Source of the DNA: an uncultured bacterium
GTDB taxonomy: Bacteria; Patescibacteriota; Minisyncoccia; Phycocordibacterales; Phycocordibacteraceae
NCBI GenBank assembly: GCA_963851445.1
Contig: CAWKPH010000001.1
Location: 233,363 to 297,362, forward strand
Direction of reading: 5' to 3'
Length of the DNA: 64,000 bases
The first letter of the stretch is position 1. The number at the start of each line of letters is the position of its first letter. The position numbers and the translations under genes are program-made. Positions 47,226 through 58,644 of this stretch are shown piece after piece. Under the pieces are notes generated by a model that was not told the origin of the DNA, searched no databases, and saw only the letters and a list, made by a program, of their open reading frames with translations.

Positions 47226-48860
47226 TTGGTAGTGGATGACCAGCACCGTACCAAAGAAATCGTAAGCGAACAGAAGAATACTTCGCAGTACATACGTACC
47301 TACGCAAAAGATTTAGCGAAATTCTCGGGCAAAGAGGCGGCCAGTGCAACTGATGCACTCGCACAAATGCCCCATCCGAAAGTTTCTGCTCCTGTGCCAG
47401 AGCGAGTGCATGAAGCGAAACCGGTGTCGGTGCAAAAATTTCCACCCGAATCTAAACCAAAACGTGAACATCACGGTTTTTCGTTTCTCAATTTTCTTTT
47501 TGTACACAACGAGCCCCATATCAATGCTATGGAGGAAACGCTTCCTGAGGAGAAATCTCATGATACTTCCATACTTACCAATCAGACGGATAAATCACAC
47601 CCCGCTGAAGGACCTACTGTAAAAGAGGGCGAGCCTGACAACCCCTTGCTCCTTCCCTCACTTCCGCCGCCCGAACCTCTCCCGGCAACACCAATTATTG
47701 CGACACCTACACTGCCACCCGCATCTGTGTATCCAACTCCGATTCAAATTTCAGCGCCTGCACCTAGGCCAGACGTATCTTTTGAATACCAACCTTTACC
47801 AGTTGCACTCCCCGCAACTCCTACTCGATCCAAGTGGGCGGCGCGCCTTGCGCAAAACACTGAGCCTGCACCATTTACGAGTGCTCCCGAACCGACCTCA
47901 ATCCCGCCTGTAGTTGAAATGCCTCTCAAGGTGGGTACGCCACCAAACTTCGGGACCATACCCGTAGTAACTCCTTTTGTACAAACAACTTCTACACCAC
48001 TTCATACATTCAGTTCTGATTTCTCCGATCGCATTGACTCCGAGCGTGCTTCTCGCTTCTCGGTACTTGCTGCTGAAACTGATGCGCACTCGGCAAAAGC
48101 AGAGCGTCCAAAGAGTAGCGGCGGACTGGTGCCTGTTTTGATTGGTGTTGTGCTCATTATTGCCGGCGCCGTAGGGATATATGCCGCTTACTCTGTATTC
48201 CACGGTCGAACCGCTGTTACCCTTTCACTTACACCACCATCTCTCATCACGCCAGATCAAAGCGTGGAGCTTTCAGGAACCGGACAAAATTTACTTGAAG
48301 CACTTGCATCACAGTCACAAACACCACTTCCTGAAAACACAGTCCTGCTCACCTATATATCAGAAGCAACAACAACGAATGCAGGATCCGTTGAAGTTCC
48401 TGGCTCAGGTAACTCGTTTCTTGAGGCGCTCGGCCTTCCTGCACCGGATATACTCCTACGAAACATAGGTTCAGAAAGTACGGTCGGCGTCGTGCATGCG
48501 GGAACCGAAACCGCGCCGTTCTTTATCATCCGCGTTACTTCTTACACACGAACCTTCGCTGGGATGCTTGATTGGGAACCAACCATGGCAAGCGATCTTG
48601 CGGAGCTGTATCCACCGTACCCTGTTACTGCGACGGTTATTTCATCGTCGACTCCAGGGTCAAACGTCGCAGTGCCTGTCACTCAACCGAATCAATTCAT
48701 CGATGAAGTTGTCGACAACCACAATACACGTGTGCTACAAGATTCTGAAGGAAGAAGCATCATTATCTATGGGTATGCCGACCCCCAAACACTGATCATC
48801 GCTCGCGATGAGGACGCGTTTACACTTATCCTTAGTCGACTGCAGACAGCTGGTGAGTAG
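47226..48860 (+). CDS. Pro-rich membrane protein (central TM, extracytoplasmic C-domain)
   Basis: Low-complexity PxP region. TM GLVPVLIGVVLIIAGAVGIYAAY. 544 aa. Confidence 0.55.
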   Translation: MVVDDQHRTKEIVSEQKNTSQYIRTYAKDLAKFSGKEAASATDALAQMPHPKVSAPVPERVHEAKPVSVQKFPPESKPKREHHGFSFLNFLFVHNEPHINAMEETLPEEKSHDTSILTNQTDKSHPAEGPTVKEGEPDNPLLLPSLPPPEPLPATPIIATPTLPPASVYPTPIQISAPAPRPDVSFEYQPLPVALPATPTRSKWAARLAQNTEPAPFTSAPEPTSIPPVVEMPLKVGTPPNFGTIPVVTPFVQTTSTPLHTFSSDFSDRIDSERASRFSVLAAETDAHSAKAERPKSSGGLVPVLIGVVLIIAGAVGIYAAYSVFHGRTAVTLSLTPPSLITPDQSVELSGTGQNLLEALASQSQTPLPENTVLLTYISEATTTNAGSVEVPGSGNSFLEALGLPAPDILLRNIGSESTVGVVHAGTETAPFFIIRVTSYTRTFAGMLDWEPTMASDLAELYPPYPVTATVISSSTPGSNVAVPVTQPNQFIDEVVDNHNTRVLQDSEGRSIIIYGYADPQTLIIARDEDAFTLILSRLQTAGE

Positions 48861-48900
48861 ACTTCATGGGGATTTCAAAAAGATATGCTAAAGTCTCTCC

Positions 48901-49254
48901 ATGACTGATACTACTGCATACAAAAATCGACTTATTACGGAACGAGGATCTCTTGAGGAGGAGCTCAAAAGTGTTGCACAGCCTAATCCTTCAAATCCTG
49001 AAGAATGGGAAGCGGTGCAAAAGGACACTTCTCAAGAAGCTGATCCAAATGATCAGGCAGATTTACTGGATCAGTACCAAGAGAATAGAGCTTTAACAAA
49101 TGTTCTCAATGCACGCTATCAAGAAGTAGTTGCTGCACTTGAACGAATTGAAAATAATACCTACGGGATCTGCGGCGTTGGCGGAGAAGAGATTGAAAAG
49201 GAGCGTCTCGAGGCTGATCCTGCCGCTTCCACGTGTAAAAAACATCTTTCCTAG
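48901..49254 (+). CDS. DksA/TraR-family protein with degenerate zinc finger (C...C-x2-H instead of C4)
   Basis: C-terminal YGICGVGGEEIEKERLEADPAASTCKKH aligns with the DksA finger [28 protein letters not shown]. Upstream coiled-coil region. Confidence 0.5.
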   Translation: MTDTTAYKNRLITERGSLEEELKSVAQPNPSNPEEWEAVQKDTSQEADPNDQADLLDQYQENRALTNVLNARYQEVVAALERIENNTYGICGVGGEEIEKERLEADPAASTCKKHLS

Positions 49255-49257
49255 GTC

Positions 49258-50571
49258 CTAAGGATTGAAACAATCGTTGCTACTCATCTGTTCCGTACAA
49301 AAGGCGAATGGATTCTGGGCTCCGCGTACTTCAAAATGCAAATGGTTTCCAGTTGCGTCACCGGTCATGCCGACATACCCAATAACATCTCCTGCTGATA
49401 CTGACTCCCCGACGCTCGCATTTGTGCTGCTCATGTGAGCATAAAGTGTTTCAACACCACTCCCATTATCAAGAATCACGTAATTACCGTAGCCCCCATT
49501 CCAGCCGCCCATACTTGAAAGGATCACCGTACCACTTGCGGCAGCATGTATTGATGTACCTGCAGGAGTTGCAAGATCTACGGCATCCCACCCATGGAGA
49601 CCTTGTGAGACCATTGCTCCTCCTGGGAGTGGGTTCGTGAAGAAACCACGAAGTGGTGATCCATAAATACCATGGCAGGGATTCCCGCTTGTGTTGTCGC
49701 ATTCAACCGAGGAATTTCCGCCTGACGAGCTGTGTTGTGCAGAGACTTCTGATCGAGCTTCTTTTGAAGAGTTTTTTGATGGTGCTGCCGTAGAATCATC
49801 TACTGAACTTTTTTGACCTTTTGAAGTACTATCCGAGCCACCTGCAGTGACTTCGCCCCCAGGAATAATGATCGTGGAACCAGAATGCAGCACGCTGCCG
49901 TCTGCCAAACCGTTGAATAACGCTATGTCATTTGCATTTCCACCATACTTAAGCGCAATTGATGAAAGTGTTTCCCCAGGACGCACCGTGTGCTGAATAC
50001 CTGAAACGGGAAGTATCACGAGTGTATCTCCCGGCTTTATCGTGTCTCTGTTGGTAATATTATTGGCCCACAGGATCGTATTTTCTGAAACACCAAAATT
50101 TTGAGCGATTTGTGAAAGCGTATCACCAGGTTTAACTGTGTAAGTTGAAATGGTACCGCTTGTATTAGTGGGGTCGACTTCGGTATCTGCAGTGTCGCTC
50201 GCGTCGCTTGGGATAACCGGCCCATCTAGGTCAACGCCCGCAACAAGTGCTGACCCGTCAGAGGTTATTGGCGAATTCGAGGGTCCATCACTTACATCCG
50301 AACTTATTGGAGCCGAGAGAAGGTTAAGACTGGCGTCAGAGATTATTGGGACGGTGGTCCCTTGTGCTTGTGCAGCTGAAAAAGGCCAAGATGCCCCTAC
50401 TTTGTGAGGTAGAACAAGGGTGATGCCCGCAAAGATAAGCACGACGGCGCACACAAAGCCCGAGGTCCAATAGCTATGGCGACTCTTAGGATTTGGTGAA
50501 GAGCGGTAAGGTTTTTTTGAAGATAAAATAAGCTTATTTGAGGAACTGCCGCGGGTCAGCTTCGAATACAA
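49258..50571 (-). CDS. LysM-LysM-M23 peptidoglycan endopeptidase
   Basis: Two LysM repeats (YTVKPGDTLSQIA..., HTVRPGETLSSIA...). C-terminal M23 motifs (GYGNYVILDNG...LYAHM...HLHFEV). Confidence 0.85.
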   Translation of the reverse strand: MYSKLTRGSSSNKLILSSKKPYRSSPNPKSRHSYWTSGFVCAVVLIFAGITLVLPHKVGASWPFSAAQAQGTTVPIISDASLNLLSAPISSDVSDGPSNSPITSDGSALVAGVDLDGPVIPSDASDTADTEVDPTNTSGTISTYTVKPGDTLSQIAQNFGVSENTILWANNITNRDTIKPGDTLVILPVSGIQHTVRPGETLSSIALKYGGNANDIALFNGLADGSVLHSGSTIIIPGGEVTAGGSDSTSKGQKSSVDDSTAAPSKNSSKEARSEVSAQHSSSGGNSSVECDNTSGNPCHGIYGSPLRGFFTNPLPGGAMVSQGLHGWDAVDLATPAGTSIHAAASGTVILSSMGGWNGGYGNYVILDNGSGVETLYAHMSSTNASVGESVSAGDVIGYVGMTGDATGNHLHFEVRGAQNPFAFCTEQMSSNDCFNP

Positions 50572-50754
50572 AAATGGCTTAGATAAGCCACTTCGTGCGT
50601 ACTGTCATATCAATCAATTTACCAAGTATAGCCCGCGAGGTAGGAGGGTCAACGCACCAAAAAGATATCTGTTGATAGTGATTTTCACCCCATTTTAACG
50701 AGACTAGCAAGCTTTTTATGACAGATTCTAGGCCAGTTTTGTTATAGTAGGGGA

Positions 50755-52668
50755 GTGACCTATCTCGAAGGGCTTAATGAACGCCAGAAAGAGGCGGTTC
50801 TTGCGGTTGACGGGCCAGTTTCCGTTCTCGCAGGAGCAGGCTCGGGTAAAACCCGAGTGCTTACGACGCGCATATACCACCTTATCCGGCAGGGAGTTCC
50901 GGCCAACTCAATCCTTGCAGTCACCTTCACCAACAAGGCAGCGCGTGAGATGAAAGATCGGCTTAGTCAGCGCCTTGATGCGGGGGAAGCACTTCCGTTC
51001 GTCGCAACTTTTCACGGTCTTGGAAGAGAATTGCTCCAGGAGTATGGACGACCCATGGGCATTCCTCGTTTTTTTAGTATCTTCGACCGGGATGATTCGG
51101 AACGCGCAATTAAAGAAGCCCTCAAAGCCCTCGATATAGACCCGAAAGAAGTCTCACCTCGCTTCGTGCTTTCTCGAATCAGCAAAGCAAAAGGTGAAGG
51201 TATGACTGCTGGTGAATATACCGAGAAACATGGGCGTGAGAGTTTCAGAAGCAGAATTGTTTCAGAAGTGTGGCGACGCTATGACGAATCACTTCGAAAA
51301 GAAAAAGCACTTGACTTCGACGATCTGATTGCACTACCGGTTCGAATTCTTGAAAATCACGAGGACGTGCGACGTGCGGTTCAAAATCGATTCTCCTACA
51401 TACACATCGATGAGTATCAAGACACGAATGCACTTCAAGGAAAGCTTGCGGCGCTTATTGCAGGCACAAAGAAAAATCTTTTTGTCGTTGGAGATATCGA
51501 TCAGTGCATCTATACATGGCGTGGCGCAACGATTGATAATCTTCTTGCATTCGATTCAGATTATCCTGGTGCTCAAACAATAATTCTCGAACACAACTAC
51601 CGCTCGTCAAAAAATATTGTCGACGCTGCAAACACGATCATCGAAGTTAATAAGAATCGAAAAGAGAAACGGTCGGTGACGACAAATCCTGACGGAGAAT
51701 TAATTGTGATCCATCCTGAAACAACCGCTGACACCGAGGGAAGATGGATTGCACTTAAGTGCCGCGAACTGATTCAAGAAGGAAATAAGCCAGAAGAGAT
51801 CGCGGTACTCTTTCGCACAAACTTCCAATCACGCATTTTGGAAGAAGGATTCCTACGCGCCGGGGTGCCATACCGACTCTTAGGTACAAGGTTTTTTGAA
51901 CGTAAGGAAGTGAAGGATATGTTGTCGTGGATACGCCTTGCGCTTGATCCAACACGCGAAAATGATCGCGCTCGTGCAGTGCAAACACCACCGCGTGGCA
52001 TTGGAAAAGTAACGCTTGGAAAAATAATCGCAGGGAAACCGGAAACTCTGAGGCCGAGTGAGCGCACGAAAGTAGCTGCATTCGAAAACATTGTTCAGTC
52101 GCTTGCGGTTGCGGCAGAAACGGAAATGCCTTCGAATTTCGTGCGGCTTGTCATAGAAAAAAGCGGCATGGAGGCACTGCTTTCAAAAGGAGGGGACGAT
52201 GATCAGGAACGACTTGAAAATATTCGTGAGCTTGCGACTCTCGCAACACGATATGACATGACTCCGGGGAAAGAAGGCATTGCACTTCTTCTCGCTGATG
52301 CAGCACTTGCATCAGATCAAGATGAGCTCGATAGAAAAAAGACTTCAGGTGGAGTCACACTTATGACTGTCCACGCAGCGAAAGGTCTTGAGTTCGATAT
52401 TGTATTTGTCACTGGACTTGAAGAAGGATTATTTCCTCACGAAAGCATGAATGAAAGTGAGAAACGTGACGAAGAAGAAGAGCGGCGACTCTTTTATGTC
52501 GCGGTCACACGAGCGCGCAAACGTCTCATTCTCACCTTCGCGCGCGTTCGTCGTATCTATGGTACTGACTATCTTTCGGAGCCATCGTCATTCCTTCGTG
52601 ATATTGATCAGTCGCTCATCGAATATTCTGATACCGAAGATCCGTATGAGGAGGTGATTCAAGTGTAA
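50755..52668 (+). CDS. ATP-dependent DNA helicase UvrD/PcrA family
   Basis: Motif I AGAGSGKTRVLT, Q-motif, motif II DEYQDTN, motif V/VI (TVHAAKGLEFD, VAVTRAR). Confidence 0.9.
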   Translation: MTYLEGLNERQKEAVLAVDGPVSVLAGAGSGKTRVLTTRIYHLIRQGVPANSILAVTFTNKAAREMKDRLSQRLDAGEALPFVATFHGLGRELLQEYGRPMGIPRFFSIFDRDDSERAIKEALKALDIDPKEVSPRFVLSRISKAKGEGMTAGEYTEKHGRESFRSRIVSEVWRRYDESLRKEKALDFDDLIALPVRILENHEDVRRAVQNRFSYIHIDEYQDTNALQGKLAALIAGTKKNLFVVGDIDQCIYTWRGATIDNLLAFDSDYPGAQTIILEHNYRSSKNIVDAANTIIEVNKNRKEKRSVTTNPDGELIVIHPETTADTEGRWIALKCRELIQEGNKPEEIAVLFRTNFQSRILEEGFLRAGVPYRLLGTRFFERKEVKDMLSWIRLALDPTRENDRARAVQTPPRGIGKVTLGKIIAGKPETLRPSERTKVAAFENIVQSLAVAAETEMPSNFVRLVIEKSGMEALLSKGGDDDQERLENIRELATLATRYDMTPGKEGIALLLADAALASDQDELDRKKTSGGVTLMTVHAAKGLEFDIVFVTGLEEGLFPHESMNESEKRDEEEERRLFYVAVTRARKRLILTFARVRRIYGTDYLSEPSSFLRDIDQSLIEYSDTEDPYEEVIQV

Positions 52669-52670
52669 CT

Positions 52671-53447
52671 ATGAGTACGCCTAAAAAATCATTGGGCCAG
52701 CATTTTTTAATGCATCCACAAATTGCCAGACGCATCGTTAGCGCCGCAGGGGTTACTCAAAAAGATACGGTACTTGAGATAGGACCAGGCACTGGCATGC
52801 TCACAAGAGTACTTCTTGAAAAGGCTAAGCGGGTAGTGGCCATCGAAGCAGATAGTGAACTCGTGGGGCGCCTAGAGGAAGAATTTAAAGAGGATTTGAA
52901 AGTCGGGAAACTTGAGCTCCTCAGGCAAGATATTCGTAGTTTTAAGACAGGTTCTATAGAAGAATCGTACATGGTTGTCGCAAACATCCCGTACTACATC
53001 ACCGGAGAGATACTTCGGCAGTTTCTAACAGCAAGCCACAAGCCAAATTTTATGACACTTCTTGTACAAAAGGAGGTCGCCGAGCGCATAGCGCGTAGCA
53101 AAAAAGAGAGTCTTTTGTCTATTTCGGTAAAGGCCTACGGCACCCCAAAATACCAATTTACCGTACCTAGAGGCGCCTTTACACCCGCACCAAATGTCGA
53201 CTCTGCGGTTCTCTCTATCGAAAATATCTCCTCGCCATTCGCAAACGATGCTGAAGAATCTCGCTTTTTCGCTCTTTTGCACAAGGGATTCGGCCATAAG
53301 CGCAAGCAGCTTGCAAAGAATCTCGAGTCGATTCTACCGATTGCCACTACCCACCAATTTCTTGAAAAGAAAGCGTTGTCGCCAACGATCAGGGCTGAAG
53401 ATCTTCCTCTCTCTGTTTGGAAATCCTTGCTTTTGTTTTGCGAGTAG
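52671..53447 (+). CDS. rsmA: 16S rRNA (adenine1518/1519-N6)-dimethyltransferase RsmA/KsgA
   Basis: LGQHFL, VLEIGPGTG and NIPY motifs. Confidence 0.9.
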   Translation: MSTPKKSLGQHFLMHPQIARRIVSAAGVTQKDTVLEIGPGTGMLTRVLLEKAKRVVAIEADSELVGRLEEEFKEDLKVGKLELLRQDIRSFKTGSIEESYMVVANIPYYITGEILRQFLTASHKPNFMTLLVQKEVAERIARSKKESLLSISVKAYGTPKYQFTVPRGAFTPAPNVDSAVLSIENISSPFANDAEESRFFALLHKGFGHKRKQLAKNLESILPIATTHQFLEKKALSPTIRAEDLPLSVWKSLLLFCE

Positions 53448-53498
53448 AGGCTGTCCAAGCGTGCTTCGAATAATCTGTGGATAACCACACTGATTCTC

Positions 53499-54545
53499 TT
53501 GTGCAACCCAAGTTTAAGAGGGCGTACATGCTATTATTTACACAGTTATATGGCTGTTTCTGTTCGTACAACCCGAATTCTCGGTGCGCTTGTGGTATCA
53601 GGCGTGCTTATTGGCGGCTCGTTCGTACTTTCGACACCAAATCTCTCCATACCGTTCTTTGACACAAAGATCGCGAACGCCGCTTCCACCCAGTCGCTCT
53701 TGGAGGCATATGCGCAAAAGGTCAACGCTCAAGGCGTCCCTCTTTGGGAAGCAGCTCTTGGAACTATTCCAACTGCAGCGACATCAAGTTCGCCTCAGGA
53801 CATAGTTGATTCCATTCCTGGCCAGCTTCCTGCCCAAGGAACACTTACACAACAATTCTCACAAGATTTCTTCGAAGCCTATACCAATGCGATTTCGAAC
53901 AGTCAAGCGAATGCTGATAATAGCGACGGAAGTGATGATGGGACTGGAGATAATAGTGCCGTGACCTTGAGCGCAAGTGATGAACAAGCTCTTGTTACAC
54001 AAATGCTAACTGAGTTTAGTCAGAAAGCACAGGTATTACTACAATCGAATTACACCTTAGTCGATGTCAACACCGATCCAGCAGAAAGTGTTTCTAGCTA
54101 TGCGGGAGCAGTCGAGCGGGTAATCGAGAAACATAATCTCCCTGCAGCAAATGCCGATCCGATAGCGCTCATGCAGGCATACATACAAGATGGTGATCAG
54201 AGCTCGCTGACTCAATTACAAACTCTTGCAAATTCCTATACAGGTATTGCAAGCGACTTGGCTACAATTTCCGTCCCACCTTCGCTTGCAAATGATCAGC
54301 TTTCGCTTATGCAGTCCTTTGATTCACTCGGTAAGGCAACAAACGCCATTGTAAATTTCCAAAAAGATCCTGCGGTTACACTTGGAGCAATTGGCATCTA
54401 TCAACCCGCTTCAGAGCAAATGATGACCGCAATGCAGGGCATTGCAGAAACAATACTTGCGAATGGTGAACCTGCTCCAGGTCAGCCTGGTTTTATAATC
54501 GTGAACATTGCACGTTCGGCTCAGCAGACGGCAACAAGTACATGA
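53499..54545 (+). CDS. secreted/anchored hypothetical protein, first gene of the T4SS-like cluster. The probable start is the internal MAVSVRTT... with signal/TM
   Basis: Signal/TM ILGALVVSGVLIGGSFVL. Ala/Gln/Ser-rich. Stop overlaps the next gene. Confidence 0.5.
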   Translation: MCNPSLRGRTCYYLHSYMAVSVRTTRILGALVVSGVLIGGSFVLSTPNLSIPFFDTKIANAASTQSLLEAYAQKVNAQGVPLWEAALGTIPTAATSSSPQDIVDSIPGQLPAQGTLTQQFSQDFFEAYTNAISNSQANADNSDGSDDGTGDNSAVTLSASDEQALVTQMLTEFSQKAQVLLQSNYTLVDVNTDPAESVSSYAGAVERVIEKHNLPAANADPIALMQAYIQDGDQSSLTQLQTLANSYTGIASDLATISVPPSLANDQLSLMQSFDSLGKATNAIVNFQKDPAVTLGAIGIYQPASEQMMTAMQGIAETILANGEPAPGQPGFIIVNIARSAQQTATST

Positions 54546-56119
54546 AATTACTACCCCTAAGAAATTTTCTGATTGGTGTTGGGGCTATGATGCTTGTCCT
54601 CACGACCGTTGTCAGTCCTTTAGGAATTGAATCTGCCCAGGCTCAGATTCCGGTAACTGAAACTAACATACCTGGGGTCATTACCCCTTTAGCCCTGATT
54701 TCGGCGTCAGCTGGTGCTACCGCAGCGAATACGACGATACAAACCAACATCATGAGTATACTGAACGGTATAGCCTGGGCAGTAGCAAAGGCGATGATAC
54801 AAACGATGACGAAGAGTATCGTTAATTGGATTAATAGCGGTTTCCAGGGCTCACCAGGATTTGTTACAAATCTCAATTTCACACTTCTTTCAGTTGCGAA
54901 TGCGGCAGCTGACTCGTTCATTCAACAACTCGCTACTAATGGCGCTATCCGTTCTCCGTTTCAGACTGTGGTCGCAAGTGCACTACAGAATAACTATAAT
55001 CAACATGCCAATGGGGGTTTTTTTGCAGCAAATCAATATACGCTCAACCAGGTCACTCAAAATGATGCAGCGTTTCTGGCTGGTAATTTCTCACAGGGCG
55101 GATTAAATGCGTGGATGTCGGCGATTTCAAATCCTTCAAATAACCCGTACGGAGCATATATACTTGCAAAAAACGCACTGACCGGCGTGACAAGCAACGC
55201 TAGAGGTACGCAACAAACGGAGTTGAATTGGGGTAGAGGCATCTTCTCTTCGCGCGGCAGCTGCGGTGCTACTGCAGCTAGTGCTAATAGCCCTACAAGA
55301 CCACCGACCTCTCTTTCAACGAATAATAATTGTCTTGCGTACAACATTCAGACGCCAGGCTCATTGATTGAGGGGCAACTTGAAACCACATTTGGTTCGC
55401 CTATTCGGCAACTTGAACTTGCAAATTCAATCAATGAAATTGTTGGTGCTCTTGCGACACAACTTGTGTCGCAAGTATTCGGCGGCTCTGGGCTTTTTGG
55501 TGCTTCACAGGCAAACGCAAGCAACAATTACATTGCTCCAATTAATGCAATTACAAGTCCTACTGCCTATGCATCAAGCACCGAAAGTGCGAGCGGGGGG
55601 TTCGCCGCGACGATTTCCAACCAGCAAGCGCAACTTGCACAATATCAAGGCCAGTGGCAAACCATTCAATCCTTAGCGCAAAGTACTCAAGCAGCTCTAC
55701 AAGGAAGCACTTGTTATCCGAATGCTCAAAACGCACTTACGACGGTCGTTGGTCCAGCGCTTGCTCAAGCATCTGCTGCGCTTTCAAACGCATCTGCCGC
55801 GCAAACCGCACTCGCTCAGATTCAGAGCGACTCTCTTGCAGCCCAAAATGCTCTGCCCGCAAATCAGGTTGCAGCATCGGGTGCGGTAGCTTCTGAATAT
55901 CAGGCCTATCTTTCTTCACCGACAATTCCAGGGCCGAATGATTTTGCAAATGCGCAATTCCAAAGTACTGATTCCGGAAGCTCGACACCCCAGTCGCTCT
56001 TTACCGAACTGACACAGCTGACTCAAGCAGCACAATCATGCCAATTACCGTCTGGGACGACCGAGCCAGTGCAATCATCTCCCCAAATTTCTCAATCACC
56101 GGGATCGAACCAGCTATGA
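54542..56119 (+). CDS. secreted Ala/Gln/Ser-rich hypothetical protein with N-terminal TM/signal
   Basis: 525-aa ORF, 4-nt overlap with the upstream gene. No catalytic motifs seen. Confidence 0.5.
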   Translation: MKLLPLRNFLIGVGAMMLVLTTVVSPLGIESAQAQIPVTETNIPGVITPLALISASAGATAANTTIQTNIMSILNGIAWAVAKAMIQTMTKSIVNWINSGFQGSPGFVTNLNFTLLSVANAAADSFIQQLATNGAIRSPFQTVVASALQNNYNQHANGGFFAANQYTLNQVTQNDAAFLAGNFSQGGLNAWMSAISNPSNNPYGAYILAKNALTGVTSNARGTQQTELNWGRGIFSSRGSCGATAASANSPTRPPTSLSTNNNCLAYNIQTPGSLIEGQLETTFGSPIRQLELANSINEIVGALATQLVSQVFGGSGLFGASQANASNNYIAPINAITSPTAYASSTESASGGFAATISNQQAQLAQYQGQWQTIQSLAQSTQAALQGSTCYPNAQNALTTVVGPALAQASAALSNASAAQTALAQIQSDSLAAQNALPANQVAASGAVASEYQAYLSSPTIPGPNDFANAQFQSTDSGSSTPQSLFTELTQLTQAAQSCQLPSGTTEPVQSSPQISQSPGSNQL

Positions 56120-56147
56120 GTATGAGAAAAAAATTCACTTTTGAAAT

Positions 56148-58644
56148 TTGGAATCAAGTATTGGAATTATCGTCTTTTTGGGACTAATCATTCCTCAACA
56201 AACTTTAGCTGCAAATCTGGACGGCGTATTTGCGGCACCGGGGGCAGATTCAGCGGCAGCGGCAACGCCGGGAGTGGCAGCAGCAGCAGCGGGGGGAGTG
56301 GCGCCGTCGCCGGCAGTAGCTGCGGCCGCTGCGGCCGCAGCAGCGGCACCGGGGGCAGCTTCGACGGGAACGGGCGTGCCAAATCCAAATAATAGTAATC
56401 CTAAATGCAACTTCGGGGACGTTGGTTGTTACTTAACCAATGGACTTATTGGTCTTCTCGCACAGATTGCCTACTGGATGCTCACTGTCGTGGGTTGGTT
56501 GCTTGGTCTTGTTGGAATGATCTTCAACTGGACCGTGGTCATCACTGTTTTTCAATACGGAGCATACTTCGCGAATTCTCAAGGAATGCTTGTTGCGTGG
56601 GGTATCCTGCGTGACATTGGCAACATCATTATTCTTTTTGGCTTCCTTTTTATCGGCATAATGATGATCTTAGATCTTCACAGTTTCGATGCACGGCACT
56701 CACTACCTAGGTTAATTATTTTTGCTGTTCTACTTAACTTCAGCCTATTCGCTGGTGAGGCGATAGTTGATATAGCAAATGTCTTAAGCTCCCAGATCTA
56801 TATACAAGCAGGACAATCAACACTTGGTTCAGTTTCGACAAGTGGTAGCAGCAGTAATCTTAGTGGTTCTTCAAATGGGCTCAATGTCAGAATCGCAGGA
56901 GCGATTCTACGGACACTGGCCTTCCTCGAACTGTTTCGCAGAACCCTCCATTCTCGGTTCAAATCCAAATACGACACAGCTCCTTGTGTACATAGCTCTT
57001 ATGATATTTATGGTGGTAGTAATGATGGTTCTTATCGCGGGAGCCATTATGCTTTTCATTCGTGCAGTCATGCTTACAGTGCTTCTTGTAATTTCACCTC
57101 TCGCGTTCGCTGGTATGGCAGTTCCCCAACTTGAAGGGCGCGCAAAAGAATGGTGGCAAAAGCTTATTTCAAACGCATTCTTCGCTCCAATTTATCTTCT
57201 TCTCATTTTCGTCGGCCTTAAGGTCATGGAAGCTTCTCGGTCTGCAATAGGACCAGGCTCAACAATTATCGGTGCCCTTTCGAATCAGACCCAGCCAGCC
57301 AATACTGCGGGCATATTTATCATCTTCACCATGATGGTGGCCTTTATGATCGGAGCCCTTATGTTTGCAAAGAGTTCAGGTGCTGCAGGTGCTCAGTTTG
57401 CGACTAGCTTTGCGACACGTGCCGTGCAACGAACCTTTACGACTCCTGCTCGACTCGCGGTGGCGCCTGTACGCAGTACCGGAAATATGCTTGCCAGAAA
57501 TGCAATCGGGGGTAGTTCCGCATTCCTTGGACGCAAATATGACAGCATGATTGGGAAAATGGATAGGGGGGGTGGTTTTGGGAAGTTTGCAGCCGGCACC
57601 CTGCGCACACTCAAGATAGATGAAAGTGTTTCAGACACACTCAAGGCAGGTTCGAATGTAAAGTTCGGCAAGAGATCATTCCAAGAACAACGGCAATACC
57701 GACGAGAGCGTGACCAACAAACCTCTCACGAGGCACATCGATCGGAACTTAATGACACTATTAAGGACGGTCTCAAGGCACCAGCTGGTTCAAGAGAAAG
57801 GGATGCCGCGGCTCAGGCATTCCAGAAAATGCCTGAGGCAGACAAAATCGCAACGCTTAACAAGTATGCTAACGACCGAAATTCCCTTAGCGTGCTCGGC
57901 GCGGCCATGAGTGCCGGCGACTACGGGAAAATGATGGATAACAAGGATCTTAACTCGGGAATCCAACACACACTTACGGACGGGCGTTTTGCCAAGGCAC
58001 ATGAGCTTAAAGCACAACTCGATGCGGCCGCGGATGATGCTACCAAGGTTCTCGCCTACAAAGCACTTGCAGATCATATGAGTAACCTGAGCGAAAAAGA
58101 TGCAGAGGGCATGATGCTCTACGATAATGATTTCGCCATGAATACATTTGGTCTTACAAGTCCTGATGGCAAGGGCAGAGGAGTCTTGAGTTCAAAAGTA
58201 AGGGAGAGTCTGAGTAAGAAAGAATCTCTCACCGACGGAATGCGAACGGTGATAAAGAGTGGCGCACGAGATGAACAATTAAAGAAGCTTCTCGAAAGTG
58301 GCAAGTCAGCTACAACCGTCGACATTAATACCGCGATGAAAACGCTTATGGTTGGTGGCAACATGACAAAGAAAGAAGTTGCGGGTATTTCCGAGGACAA
58401 ATTCTTCAATACGGGAACTTCGCAACTCACCCCAGCAGGCATGGAGTTCGTTGGCAATCTTAATGTTGAACATCTAAGAGGCATGGCGGCGGCAGATGTT
58501 GATATGAGTCCTCAGGCGAGAAAAGCAATACTCGATCGCCTTGAAGTGAGCACGAGAACTGATCCTATGAGACGCGATACAATAAATAGATACTTGAGCG
58601 GAAATGGCGGTAGTCTCTGGGGCAGAAGATCATTATCACCATGA
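56148..58644 (+). pseudogene. VirB6/TrbL-like polytopic membrane protein with Ala-rich N-terminal low-complexity region and long hydrophilic C-terminal domain. Interrupted by a frameshift near 56870-56950, either real or an assembly error
   Basis: ORF 56148..57134 (frame 0) has plausible TM helices up to about aa 240, then turns into out-of-frame-looking sequence. ORF 56824..58644 (frame 1) continues with further TM helices (LLVYIALMIFMVVVMMVLIAGAIMLFIRAVMLTVLLVISPLAFAG) and an ~400-aa soluble tail. Multi-TM plus C-extension is typical of VirB6/TrbL proteins. Family assignment is inference. Confidence 0.5.

Noticed and set aside
56141-56410. Several ORFs on both strands across the GCGGCAGC-rich repeat at 56230-56350
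   Set aside because: Low-complexity (GCN)n repeat opens all frames. Only frame 0 (Ala-rich N-region of the VirB6-like protein) has continuity with TM helices downstream.
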